Assembly (NCBI GenBank): GCA_965153455.1
Contig: OZ234494.1
Span: 496,001-560,000 of the forward strand
DNA: 64,000 nt
Reading direction: 5' to 3'
Origin: Sphagnum compactum
Lineage: Eukaryota
Shown here: in pieces, positions 52,456 through 64,000 of the stretch
Layout of the letters: every line of letters begins with the position of its first letter
How positions within the stretch are numbered: position 1 is the stretch's first letter
Program-made: the position numbers and the translations under genes
Notes under the pieces: model-generated
The model's database searches: none
What the model saw: only the letters and a program-made list of their open reading frames with translations
What the model was told of the DNA's origin: nothing

Positions 52456-55400
52456 CACATGGGAAGCTACAAATTTCTAGAAAGCTTGTGGCACTTTGCC
52501 CATTTTGTGTGCGAGTATTTATCTTGTTAACCAACTATTTTGCAATTTTTCAAAATTAAAGAATGGTCAAAAACTCAAAGAATCGTGGGGTTTTCATGAA
52601 AGAACCGGCAAAGAACCGTGGGGTTTGTGGGTTCAAGTCATTCTCCTTGTTTATGTTTGTGATCATGAGTTATGGTTTTATACAAATTGTGCCTTTTCAC
52701 ACAACTTTGAAAGTGGGAGTTGGGTAGGTTTAGGGTTTAGGGTTTAGGGTCCTCTAAATGAAATTATTGGAAACATGTAATTTTGAAGTTTTTGATCGCC
52801 AAAAAAACCCCAAATTTCAACCCATTAAAAAGAAAAAAAAGGATGAACATATTATTAACCCCAAAATAACTAACTAATTACATAACCATCCATTTTTGTT
52901 TGTTTTATTGTTGGCTTGTTTTATAAATCCAAACATAAATCAAATAGGCTAAATCCAAATTTTGGATCTATTTTCTCAAACTACAAATTTGAACATTGAG
53001 TGGGAAATAAACCACAAGTTGCAATTCCTTAGATCTATTAAACTTGGATATAAATTTAATATCGATCAAATTTGTATATTAATTTCCGGTCAAATTATTT
53101 ATTTATTTTTTATTTTATTTTATTTTGTGGTTTGGAAATCCATAGCTTGATTTGAAAAATGGAATTTTAAACAACAGCCCATGAAATAAATTGAAGGCTT
53201 ATTAATTATCAGTCCAACTTCAGTGCTAGAAAAGCAAAGGAAGATTGAACATGAATTTAAAATGCCCACTTATAATTTATTTATTTAAATCAAAAGGTGA
53301 TTATGTCTAAAAGTCCCTACTTTAAATGGGCAATGTGCTATCAAAATAATTGCCCCAAATACTAAATGTGAAATGTTTGGCCTTGACATGATCGATCACA
53401 CATATCCATTCATCCATCGGTTCATCCATCCATCCATCTCTTCGTCATAAGAACAAATGTTATCAACTAGTACAAATCAATTATCTTATATCATCAACTC
53501 AAAATTGTTAACAATCTATTTATGAAAAAAAGTTGTTTGTATGTCATGTTAAGATCTCCTTAACCACAATGTCCCTCACCATGCTTTTAGTACTTTGAAA
53601 AGTCCTCAATGAGTTTGTAAGCATTTCCTCGTTTGAACCTTGCCATTAAAGGCTATACCATCGTAAGGCACATTGAAGTGGTTTGGTAATGTTTAAACCT
53701 ATGGCATTGGAGTGATTGAATATGGAACAATTTTGTCAAAGAAATTTCAAAAATTCAAAATTAAATATTAAAAAAATTGGGGGCAAGCTTTAGATAATGT
53801 TGGGAAGCTTTTAATGGTTGGATTTTTTGGAGGTGATTTTTTGTAATTTTTAGAACTAAGGTGGGTGGAATATTGAATTTTGAATAATTTTTGTCATTAG
53901 AAATTAATTTTAAATTTTACACAATCTTTTCACAATCAAACTCTATTGTCAAAGGTCATGTCCACACTTGGGCTAGTGACACATGTCACATTAATTATTA
54001 CTATAACTGCTTGTGAAAATAAATCTCCCCAAAAAAATAACTTGGATGATGTGAGTGGGTTGCCATCATGATATTAAACCCTTTCATATTAGATATATTT
54101 ATATATTTTTTAAAAAGAAGGTAGATTTACCAATACAAGAAATTAATCCCCTTAAAGAACACATCAAATCAACATACTAAACTAACAAGACTAAATGAGA
54201 ATGGAAATGGAAAAAAGAAACCCCAAAAAATGGCAAAGCAACACATACATAACACAAAATATGCCCCCAATTGATTTTATGCATGAATGAATGAATGAAT
54301 AGTGGGTAGTAATAATTATTTAATTATTTGATACCTCATGTGACATAAGTTTTTTTTTTTTTTAAAACCATATATGATCAATGGACCTACATGATATCAA
54401 TTTGCATTTTTGAACAATAACCTCAATTACCAATTTGTTTGAAAATATTTTTTGGAAATCATTTCCATTATGCCAACGGTTGGTTTTTTTAAATACTCTA
54501 CTTGAGAACCACTTAATATCATGTCAAGGTAGGTTTTACATGCTTGAGTTGTTTTTTTGGTTCTCAATATTCTCCTTGTTTGCTACCCTAAAATAAATAA
54601 TGAAAGGGTAGATTTGAAAAGGAAGTTAGTTTTTCTCAAAACCCCATGGGACAAAATACATAGGTGAAAAACATCAAATCATCATTATTGGGTAAGCAAA
54701 CTTGAAAAACTAAGGTAGTAATAAGTAGACTACTTAATGTAAATTCTAGTGCAACAAACCTCATTAGATTCTAAGCTATTGTCAAAGAGATGTCAAACGT
54801 GAAAGGATTCCAATAGTCATTGAAGTAATAGAACAAAAAACCAAAAAAACACTTTTAGATCTAAATTTCAAGAAAACATGTTGTATAATAGTTAAATAAC
54901 CTCGGTAGAAACTTATTGAAATTAACAACGATCAATTTTGGTTTACAATGACCAAGTTATGTTAAGGCAAGTGATTGTGGTAGTGAAAAACTATCAGAAG
55001 TAGAATTAAGAAATAATGATTACAAGACCAACAACATTGGGAAAACAATATATATAATAGTCAGATGATTTAGGTAGGATTTTATTGCAACAATCCATTA
55101 AAGGAATGGAGCTATTATGGTTGAGTTACGACTATGGTAAATAACTATTGAAGTCCTTTGCAAAATACGGTAAATCAAACACTCAACTCATACTATTCCT
55201 AATCCCATTCTAGTAGTGGGTAGAGGGTTCCATACATAACGATATCCACTCCTTGTATTAAATAAATGAGGCAAACCACATAACAATCCAAGGGTACTAT
55301 TGAACTCCCACACTAGTTGAATAGTCCTACTCCAACCTCCATTATAATACTTATACTTTATTTCAACACATTGTCGATCACGCACACACACACACACCCA

Positions 55401-56230
55401 TTTTCCCTCAAACTCTTGCACACATTTTCACTTGAATTCCCTAACCCTTTTAAACTAAAATTAGTTTCCTTTAATTAGTTTGAAATAATCTTTTACCTAC
55501 CTTGTATAAAAGTGACAAACAAACACATCACAACTATTTGCAATTCGTCCCAAGTTAACCAAAATCCCACTTTAGTGGCTAAACTTTAAATGCATGATTC
55601 CACTTAACTCATTATTCTAAAACACTAATTAAAAATAATAGAGGTAGTGACTTTTCAACAAGTCCTACCTACTATCAATAATGCATAATTAGTCGACTAT
55701 CACATTAGACAATAAAAATTAGAGAATGGTATGGTAATTTTTCACTTAATAGAGACATTATGGTTGACAATTGCTAAGCAAATATGCGACAACATTCATG
55801 GTTTAAAGTGGAAATTGATTACAAGAATGTCATAAGTCCCAAGTTCTCTAGATGCAAAAGCATAAAACATGTCTTAAAGCACCTTCCCACTTTCCTTTGC
55901 TTCTTTCCTCAGCAATAACACTATGTGCATTTCCTAAAATTAAGGAAGTAAAAGATATCGATACCACGTAAAAAGTCTTCACAAATTTCACATAATAACA
56001 AATAAATTGAGTTGCATTCCACAATGTTCACATTAATGAAGCTTCAAAATTCTAATATCAATGGGAGATGCAAATTTGAAAAGAAAGTTCAAATGTTCAA
56101 TGCAACAAAGGTTTAAAACTTAAACGTAACATACTTGGTTGAAATGAATATCTATTATTTTTGCACTTAATATAGGTAAGGTATCAAAAAAATTTCAAAG
56201 TCATATTAGCCAATTGACTTTTGAAGAGTA

Positions 56231-56655
56231 CAGTAAACTCTCTCTAAACTAATACTGTGTAAACTAATATTCTCTCTAAACTAATATGCGGGCACAGGCC
56301 CGTGGCGGGCCTCATACTTAATCTAATAATTCTCCATAAACTGATATTCAATAATTTTTTCCGGTCCCATAGCATTTTATAAACTAATACATCATACATA
56401 TGACACCAAAAAAGCGATGAAATCAGAAGAAACACCTTCAAAAGATGGGGACGTGATGAAACTGGCTCCACAAGGTTCCATTACCTTCCCCAATGATTCA
56501 TGACCTTCTACTAACCTCCATGACCTTCCATGCTGCTCTGGCAGGTTCCGGAATGATTTTTGTTACCCCCCATATAAGTTATGTAAACTAATATCCTCCA
56601 TAAACTACTATCTTCCGGCCGGTCCCAAGGATATTAGTTTAGAGAGAGTTTATTG
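56231..56655. mobile_element. Tc1/mariner (pogo/Emigrant-like) MITE, 425 bp
   Basis: 24-bp TIRs CAGTAAACTCTCTCTAAACTAATA / TATTAGTTTAGAGAGAGTTTATTG (1 mismatch), TA on both flanks, and internal TAAACTAATA subrepeats. Confidence 0.9.
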
Positions 56656-57094
56656 TATTTACAAAATTAATAGCATAAATTAGAGGAGGTAGGATTGTCT
56701 CTTGGTTTTGAATGAAATTGATATAGCTCAAGCCAATTTTCAATACCTTGTTGAAGACCTAACTAGTTAATTGGGTTATTTTCAATATCCAATCAACTGG
56801 TCAATTAGAAATTATCTATGTTGGTATGGTATCAACTTTTGAACAAATTTTTGAACTCTTAAAATTTTCATACTAGCTTGGTTTTGGTGTTGGATCCTAG
56901 ATTGTAATTTGGCTAGTATGAGGCAAGGATATATTTGGCATTCAAATTGGTGCAAGGCAATTATTACTTGAAGTTTGTACTAAGATGGTCCAAGTCTAAT
57001 ATTGCTTCACGTCATACCAACATGGTAAGGTCATTGATACCATTGTTGGTGTAGATTAAACTAGCATTTGTAATAATTATGATAATAATGGTGA

Positions 57095-58044
57095 TGTAGT
57101 GCGTAATTAGGTCGCCGCACAAATCTAAAACACTGACTGATTTTGGGGATTAGATTGTATTATCAGCCGTTATCTTAGTGCGGCGCCCCATTAATACTGC
57201 ATGGAGATGCATGGGTTGCCTGGTCTTTGTTGGTGTGTGCTAAGTGGTCCAGGAGAATTGGCGGCTGAAAATAATGAGGAAGTATGGAGCCGACTTGATG
57301 AAGAGGAGTAAGCGATGGCGGCTAACGGTCAGTGCTGGATTGAACGGAGCGGGAGAATCTTCGAGAGGCTTCAGGAGGAAGCTAACGGATGTCTGGTGTG
57401 CAATTGGAGGCTCGAAGAAACGGCAAGAGGGGGTGTGAGTAAGTGTAGGGAGCGAAGTGAGAGGAAAGGACACGTAGCTGCTAGAAGGGAAAGATCAAGA
57501 GATCTGATTTTTAGCAAGCAGGATAATTTTGGCAGTATGTTTAGTTGATGGGAGGAGGCATTCGAGAGGCAGAAGGTTGGCACTCTGGTAGGTGATCAAG
57601 AGAAGTTTTGTAAGTCAGGAGAGCTTGGCTGAATGCTAGAACTTTCCGCTGCGCCTGGTAATTAATCAAGCTGCTGTAGAAAAGTTAGAGGAACTGGACA
57701 TCACTAGGAATCTGGTGTTTTTGTGAACATTCGATGGGAATCCAGCTTGTGCTTTCGGGCAACGTATGTAGTCTGTAATGAGAGAGTTTCCCTGGCTGGC
57801 ATTTGTATGAATGACCGAGGCAGGAGGTGGATGTTATGAAATCTGCTCTGTTGTTTTGTGGAAGCAAAGCTCTTGTATGTTTGTGATCTTGTAACGTGCA
57901 TCTGAGAGAGTCAGTAGGCAGTTAATTGGTAAGGAAGATCAGAGTCTTGATCTGTGTGAAGAACATCAAGGGGACATGGACGCTGGGGTTCGTGCAGGCA
58001 GTCAGCGTGCTGTGTGATTTCGGACCCTCTCTTTTTTGGTTACA
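57095..58044. mobile_element. Probable solo LTR (950 bp) of a second family
   Basis: GC-richer block with TGTA...TACA termini, flanked by GTGA (57091-57094 and 58045-58048). No coding motif inside. Confidence 0.7.
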
Positions 58045-58329
58045 GTGAAACCTTACCAAACTTAATAAAATAAAAAGCACCCATTTGAAAGGAGAAAGGA
58101 AGGAACAACAAGAAAAGACCAACATCCAATAAAATGACAACACTCAAAAACACAAATGGGGCCCATAAAAAAGTACAATGTGAATTCACCAAAAGTGGGC
58201 AATCTAATGTAACCTATGTCTTAAACTTTCACCCGTCACATGAAGTAGATTAAATAATGTAAGAAGGGCAAGAAACTTTAAAAAACACCTAGTCTAGAAG
58301 AAGCTTTTTTGATAACAACACCTCATCTC

Positions 58330-59090
58330 AAAATGCAGGTGGCCTAAAGTTTTTGAAAGGTCATTGACACTTTTTGCCCATAAAATGAGTGTCAAATTAA
58401 TAGCATCACCTTCAAGACCTTTGATTAATCACACTATGTTAGCACATCAATGAAAAAAAATTTAGCTTGTTCATGCAAGCACCTAAACATTTCTATAGCA
58501 AGCAGGTGAAACACATCATTAGGTGTTGATCATGATATAGCTCTTCCTTTGTTAAGGCCCCAATTGTCGTAACCATTCTATGAAAATGTTAGTTCTAAAA
58601 ATTAATTCCATTTGAATGGGATCAATTATGACAACATCAATCAAAGTGTGAATCACATTTGTGATGAACACATTATCAATTTGTCGTTATGAAGATTGTA
58701 AGGATGATGATAGGAGAACATTTGTTTGTTCATATGAAACATAAAACTCAACATCTCTTACAATGAAATCAAAATCATCTCAAATGATGTCATAGGTTAC
58801 AATGTGTCCCCCCCATAAGAACATTGGAAACGTGTATTGTCATTGAGTCTATAAATTGACTATAGACGTAACAAGTCAAATCACTAGTTGTCAACTTGGG
58901 GAGGCCCAACCAATTGTGCAATGTTGAGAAGAAGATGCCTAAGACAATATGAAATAATGGAATGATTGAATGAATAAAAAATTAAACACTCAAACTCAAG
59001 CTTGTCCAAGGTCTTAGGTAGGCATGATAATTTTTTGAAAAACATATAAAAAATGACGTTAGAAAAAGAATTTTCATGAAATTTTTAAAA
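58330..59090 (-). mobile_element. Second degenerate CRE/R2-like non-LTR remnant (CCHC/endonuclease part)
   Basis: Minus-strand HTLIDVVIIDPIQ (~58630) and a FQCSYGGGHIVTYD-like fragment (~58810), collinear with 23700-24400. Confidence 0.65.
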
Positions 59091-60040
59091 AATAATCTTT
59101 TGAAAACAATTTGGGTGCCTTTTAGAAAGTTGCTTGAAAAAATATGCAAGCTTACACTATTTAAAAAGAAGCTTCAAATGTGCCTTAAAAAAGAAAAGTG
59201 AACTTGAATTATTAGCCTCTAATAAGAATGGATGATGATCCACTCCAAAATTGGAATCACTAATTGGGGCTTGTACTCCCCCAAGTAGACCATTGGAACT
59301 AAACAATAAGGAAAAATGGGAAATTACTAACAATACATAATAATAATAATAATAACAAAAAGGGAGTGGAGGAATATTTATTAAGGATGGCATACAAATC
59401 AATGCCCAAAAAATGAAATGAAATCAATCATTCGGGCTTTCCATAATCAAACCTCCCAAATATAAGTGAGATCACCCCAAATTCTAAAAGCACCAAATTT
59501 CCCCCAATACACAAAATTATATATATACACACCCATATATATAAATATATATATATATTTGGTGGGCCTTTTTTTCTTGTTTATACCTTTTTCTTTTTAC
59601 TCCTTCCTCTTTTGTTGGCCTTGCCTACTAAGGCAAGGATGTTGTGTTTAAATTCATTATAAAGTATATTAGCTTAAGGGATTTTGGCCCTTGGGTAACA
59701 ATAGGTATATTTTTATATGAGGATTTTGGAAAGATGATACTTTGGCTTGTGTTGAAACTTGAGATTAGTTATAGAGTTATAATATCTTGAAGGATTTTGG
59801 TTTCTTTTAGAGGATTTTTTTGAAGATTATATTTTTGCTATGGTGAAATATTTGAGTTTCCATAATTCTTCTTTTGCCTTCTTAAGATACCTTTTTAATA
59901 TAAATGCCAAGGCCACAGTGTAATTGACACACCCCTTGTTGTTGTTGTGATACAAGTGTCATTGTTGTTTTTTGGTTGTTGTGAGTGAAGTGGGTTTTCT
60001 TAAGAAAAATTTGTGGGTTGTTGTTGTTGTTGTTGTTGAT

Positions 60041-60225
60041 GGTGGTGGTGAAGTGTTTTTGTGATTGCAAGTGGTGGTGGTGGTGATGGTGGTGGTGAAG
60101 TGTTTTGGTGATTGCAAGTGGTGGTGGTGGTGATGGTGGTGGTGAAGTGTTTTTGTGATTGCAAGTGGTGGTGGTGGTGATGGTGGTGGTGAAGTGTTTT
60201 TGTGATTGCAAGTGGTGGTGGTGGT
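60041..60225. repeat. 47-bp tandem repeat, 4 copies, GGT-rich
   Basis: GGTGGTGGTGAAGTGTTTTTGTGATTGCAAGTGGTGGTGGTGGTGAT starts at 60041, 60088, 60135 and 60182. Confidence 0.9.
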
Positions 60226-60242
60226 GTTGTTGTTGTTGTTTT

Positions 60243-60273
<31 letters not shown>

Positions 60274-60492
60274 AATGAGATGTTGTTGTTATTCGAGTGT
60301 TGTCTTGTTGTGATTGCAAGTGTTGTGTCGTTGTGATTACAAGTGTTGTTGTTGTGATTGAGTGTTTGTTGTTGTGATGTTGATGTGACCCAAGTCTTCT
60401 CGTTTGTTTTTGGGGGGTGGAGGGGGAGGTTGTGGTGGTGGTGGTGGTGGTGGTTAGGGGAGAGAGAGAGCGGGGGTGGTGGGTGGGGGGAG

Positions 60493-63228
60493 ATGGCGGC
60501 AGCTCACTTCTTCCCCTCAGAGGTGACGAGGGGAAGAACAAGCAGTACTACTACTAATAAGCTCTTGTTGTTGCAGCGTTTTTGCGGTAGTGTGTTGCTG
60601 TTGGGGAGTAGAGAATTGGGTTGTGTTGCACATGAAGACACAGCAGTGGACGTGGAAGCATCATCATCATCATGGAGGGGAGGTGGAGAAGGAAGTGGAA
60701 TTGGAGATGGAGATGGAAGAGCAGGAGGAGGAACAAGAAGAAGAAGGGTAGATGGTGGTGGTAGTGGTGTGATGATGGTGGAGCAACAAGAGCAGCAAAG
60801 GGGAGGAGGAGGAGGAGGGCCAGGAGTGCAGGGGGTGTTTTTGGGATGTCCTGGAGTGGGCAAGGGAACATATGCTAGTAGGCTTTCCAAGCTCTGGCAA
60901 GTGCCACACATCGCTATGGGCGATCTGGTGAGACAGGAGCTTTCCAAATCTTCATCTATGGCAAAACAGGTGTGTTGCAAATGTTCCAGTCTTTGGGGTT
61001 TTTTCTTTCTTTGTGTTTCTCCACCCACCCACCCATCCTCTCCTTCTTCTTCTTTTTCTTCTTACAGAGGAATCACTGCTGGGTTTTGTTTTCATTGTAG
61101 AGATGCAGAAGCACCACAGCTTGTGTTTTCCTTCCCCCATTTTTTTCTCTCTCAACTGTCTCCCTGCTTGTTTGTTTGTTGTGTGTACTCAGAATCTTAC
61201 CTTTTGAAATCATGCCTTCTTTTTTCACAGATCGGTTCTATGCACCACCTTCCCCTTATCTTCCCTCTTGCATGTAGATGGAGTCTCCTTCTTACAAGCT
61301 GACTGTCTCTTGGATCGTTCAAATGGGATGTGGGGGGACAGCCATGGCTCTTCAGTGATGATGCACTTTCTTGCTTTCTTTCTGTCTGTAGCTAGGATGG
61401 CACCGGATTGATGTGAAGGAGAAATGGGAACACTGATACATAAGATATATATGCAAACCTTTCCCTTCAACCAATCATAAACAGAATTCAACTATCGACA
61501 TACATCTTCTGTACACCTGCCAGTGATGCTTTTGGATGGGGATCATATGCACCCAAAGGTAGGTGTAGCTCTTGGTTGATGATGATGATGTGTGGGATTT
61601 CTTCAGAAACATTTGCTGAACTCCCTCCCTCATGTTAAAGGATGAGAAAAGAATGAGTGTGGAATTTTGCAAATTCTTCAAAGTGTTGAAATAGAGCTCA
61701 GGTTTCAGATTTTCTGGCAATTGGCAATCAATTTTGCAGCTTGAAGCCTAATGATAAGTACTGAGTTTTTCAATTAGCTGTGTCTCTTTGAGCTGCTCGC
61801 CAACATCATGACCAAGTCTTCCCATTGCTTCCGGAAATTGCAACAGAAACAACTCTGCACACAGATTTCCTATAATGGTTTTTGCTCAGCTTTTGTGCTG
61901 ATTATTATTTTACTTATCTGTCAACACCCAACACCATCGGGAACTGATGAAGTCAGTGTGTAGTCATGGCAGCTCATCGCTGCTGTGATTTGTGATTGAA
62001 GGTGCCGGGATGTGCTGCTGAAGCCAGTGGGTTGATAAGTCATGGCAGCTTGTCACTGTGATTCATGATGAAGGTGGGTGATTGGTCTGACACTTTGTGA
62101 GCAACTCTCTCTCATAAGGTTATGACTGCATGCACTCTCATTGTTGTGCTACTGTCAAATTGTCTGTTGTTGTGGAGATTTCTCTATAGACTCTCTCTCA
62201 TCATCACTCTCCCCATGTAGTTCTTTTTGTTCCCTCCTCACAATTCTTGATCGTGGTGGTCGTGGTGGTGTTACAGTTGGCGACTTTGATGAGCCAAGGC
62301 CAACTGCTGCTGGATGACATTATCATCTGACTCTTATCCAAGCACCTTGAGGAGACCGTGGAACCTGGCCGATCAGGCTTCATCCTTGATGGATTCCCTC
62401 GCACACTGCATCAAGCAGTAATAATGTTTTCCTCTTTTTGGCAGTATTGCTTGATTTTTGCAGATTTATATGTAATATTGGGGTGGGTGGAATTATATTG
62501 AATTCTGCTGACTATGTTCTATGTGTGCCATGGTGAGCATGAAAGCTTTTAATCACTGGGAGAGTCTGAAATTGTGGGTGTGTAGGAAATGATGCAAGAA
62601 ATGGCAGATGTTAAATTGGTGGTGAATCTGAAGCTGAGGGAAGAGGCATTGATAGCCAAGTGTTTAGGCCACCGTATTTGCAGTCAATGTGGGGGCAATT
62701 TCAATCTTGCAGGATTAGAGATGGAGGAATCAAGTAGTGCACCTCGCATCTTCATGCCACCACCCTCCTGTGCCCCCAAAATGACCACCCGTGCCGATGA
62801 CACAGAAGAAGTTGTCCAGAGACGCCTACACATTTACTATGAAGTGGTTTGTTCATTGAATTTGGGACATTGACTACTAACTAGATCCAGGTTATAGATG
62901 TGCCTAGTAAGCTTCCTGCAGCTCTCATGACCCTTTAGTGCTAGAACAAAAGTGCTCATCCCCATGACTGCAACATGGCAACTGAAAAAGAATTTGATCC
63001 AAAGAACTTGAATCGACTTCCAAACTGATGCAGGGGTTTTTTTTTTTTTTGGGTTTCAATCTACGGAGCAAACCAGTGGAAGATTTCTAGTGCAGGAGTG
63101 GAAAGCTGCTGGATTTTGAGGTGTCTGGAGGGATACCCGAGATGTGGCCACATTTTCTGGCAGCGCTAAATATTGATGAGAAAGTACACACAAACAACCA
63201 TGACAACAGTCAGAAAATGGCAGTGTGA
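60493..63228 (+). pseudogene. ADK: Organellar-type adenylate kinase, 4 exons, inactivated
   Basis: Exons approx. 60493-60969, 62277-62417, 62586-62846, 63067-63228. Motifs: P-loop FLGCPGVGKGTYASRLS, HIAMGDLVR, GFILDGFPRT, CSQCGGNFN, RADDTEEVV, SKPVEDF, GGIPEMWP. In-frame TGA at 62328 and TAG at 63088. The exon 4 acceptor reads CGG instead of CAG. Confidence 0.88.
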
Positions 63229-64000
63229 TGACAATGGGCATTCCAAAATGTATCTTAGTAGTCCTTGCACTACAACTACTACTACTACTAAACACAATAC
63301 TACGATTGGGTATGTACCCATCATCAGATTCTTCCTCACAGTTTTCTTCTTCTTGGAGAAAAAAGAGGGAAAAAAATCTTGGTCTTCAGAGGTTGGTTCT
63401 GTTCTTTTGTGGATAATTTTATTTTCGTATAGTGGGAGGACATCCTTCCTTTTGTATTGCAGGAAATGCAAAAGCCCTTTCCCCTGTGATCTGATGATGA
63501 TGATTTCAGACAGTGTTGTAAATTATGTCAGTTCTTTTCCCCCCTCTTTCATTTGATTTATGGTCCAGTTTTGGGAGGGTAACGTCTTTCTCTTATGTAC
63601 CCTGAGGGTAAAACCCAATGACTGTATATTAACATACCCTACCCATCGCACTCAAACATGTCCTTGCCCTACCCGAACCAACGATTACAAAATAAAGTTA
63701 TACCCTTATTGGGTCTTACCTCAATGTCTGAAATTTGGCAGGGTGCCCTTACGCTGAGGATATATTTGTGAAATTGAAGGGTAAAAGACAAGCGTAACCA
63801 GATTAGACCATTACCTCTGCTGATGCCTGATTAGAGCTGAGATGTTGTGGATACCAGCATAATCAAAACAATCGCTGATAAACTCCTGGACACATAATGC
63901 TGTGTCCATTTACACTGTAGCAATGTGCTGAGGGTCTTACATGAGCAACGGAAGATGTTGAATCCATGACACAAGCTCATGCTGGGCTCCACGTTATTTT

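Noticed and set aside
20800-52750. AAACCCT/AGGGTTT motifs as interstitial telomeres
   Set aside because: Only 1-3 copies per site and scattered, so they are background telo-box-like motifs.
59882-60541. 219-aa His/Thr-rich minus-strand ORF
   Set aside because: Translation of GGT/GTT/GAT microsatellites and the 47-bp repeat.
62328-63090. Rescue of the ADK stops by editing or readthrough
   Set aside because: It is a nuclear gene with two different stops plus a broken acceptor, so pseudogenisation is simpler.
63595-63765. Possible small MITE
   Set aside because: The terminal inverted similarity is weak and there is no clear TSD.

Overview
This is eukaryotic nuclear DNA from a land plant. The GT-AG introns, microsatellite-rich genes, abundant AAACCCTA motifs and bryophyte-like gene content suggest a moss such as Sphagnum (inference). 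Intact genes: plant YY1 zinc-finger factor (+), an 858-aa orphan ORF (-), an F-box/kelch protein (-), MUTYH adenine glycosylase (-), a GTE1/GTE6-type bromodomain-ET protein (+) and a BTB/POZ protein (+). Two damaged genes: a PLS-class PPR-DYW RNA-editing factor (-) and an adenylate kinase (+). Intergenic DNA holds three solo LTRs, Copia remnants, two CRE/R2-like non-LTR remnants, a pogo/Emigrant-type MITE and many tandem arrays. The two most notable signals are (1) the PPR-DYW gene, whose spliced N-terminus encodes a complete OSB-type PDF ssDNA-binding motif, and (2) a CpG-rich array of six ~105-bp units with conserved blocks and variable linkers upstream of the BTB gene. Exon boundaries were read by eye and family assignments come from recalled motifs, not database searches.
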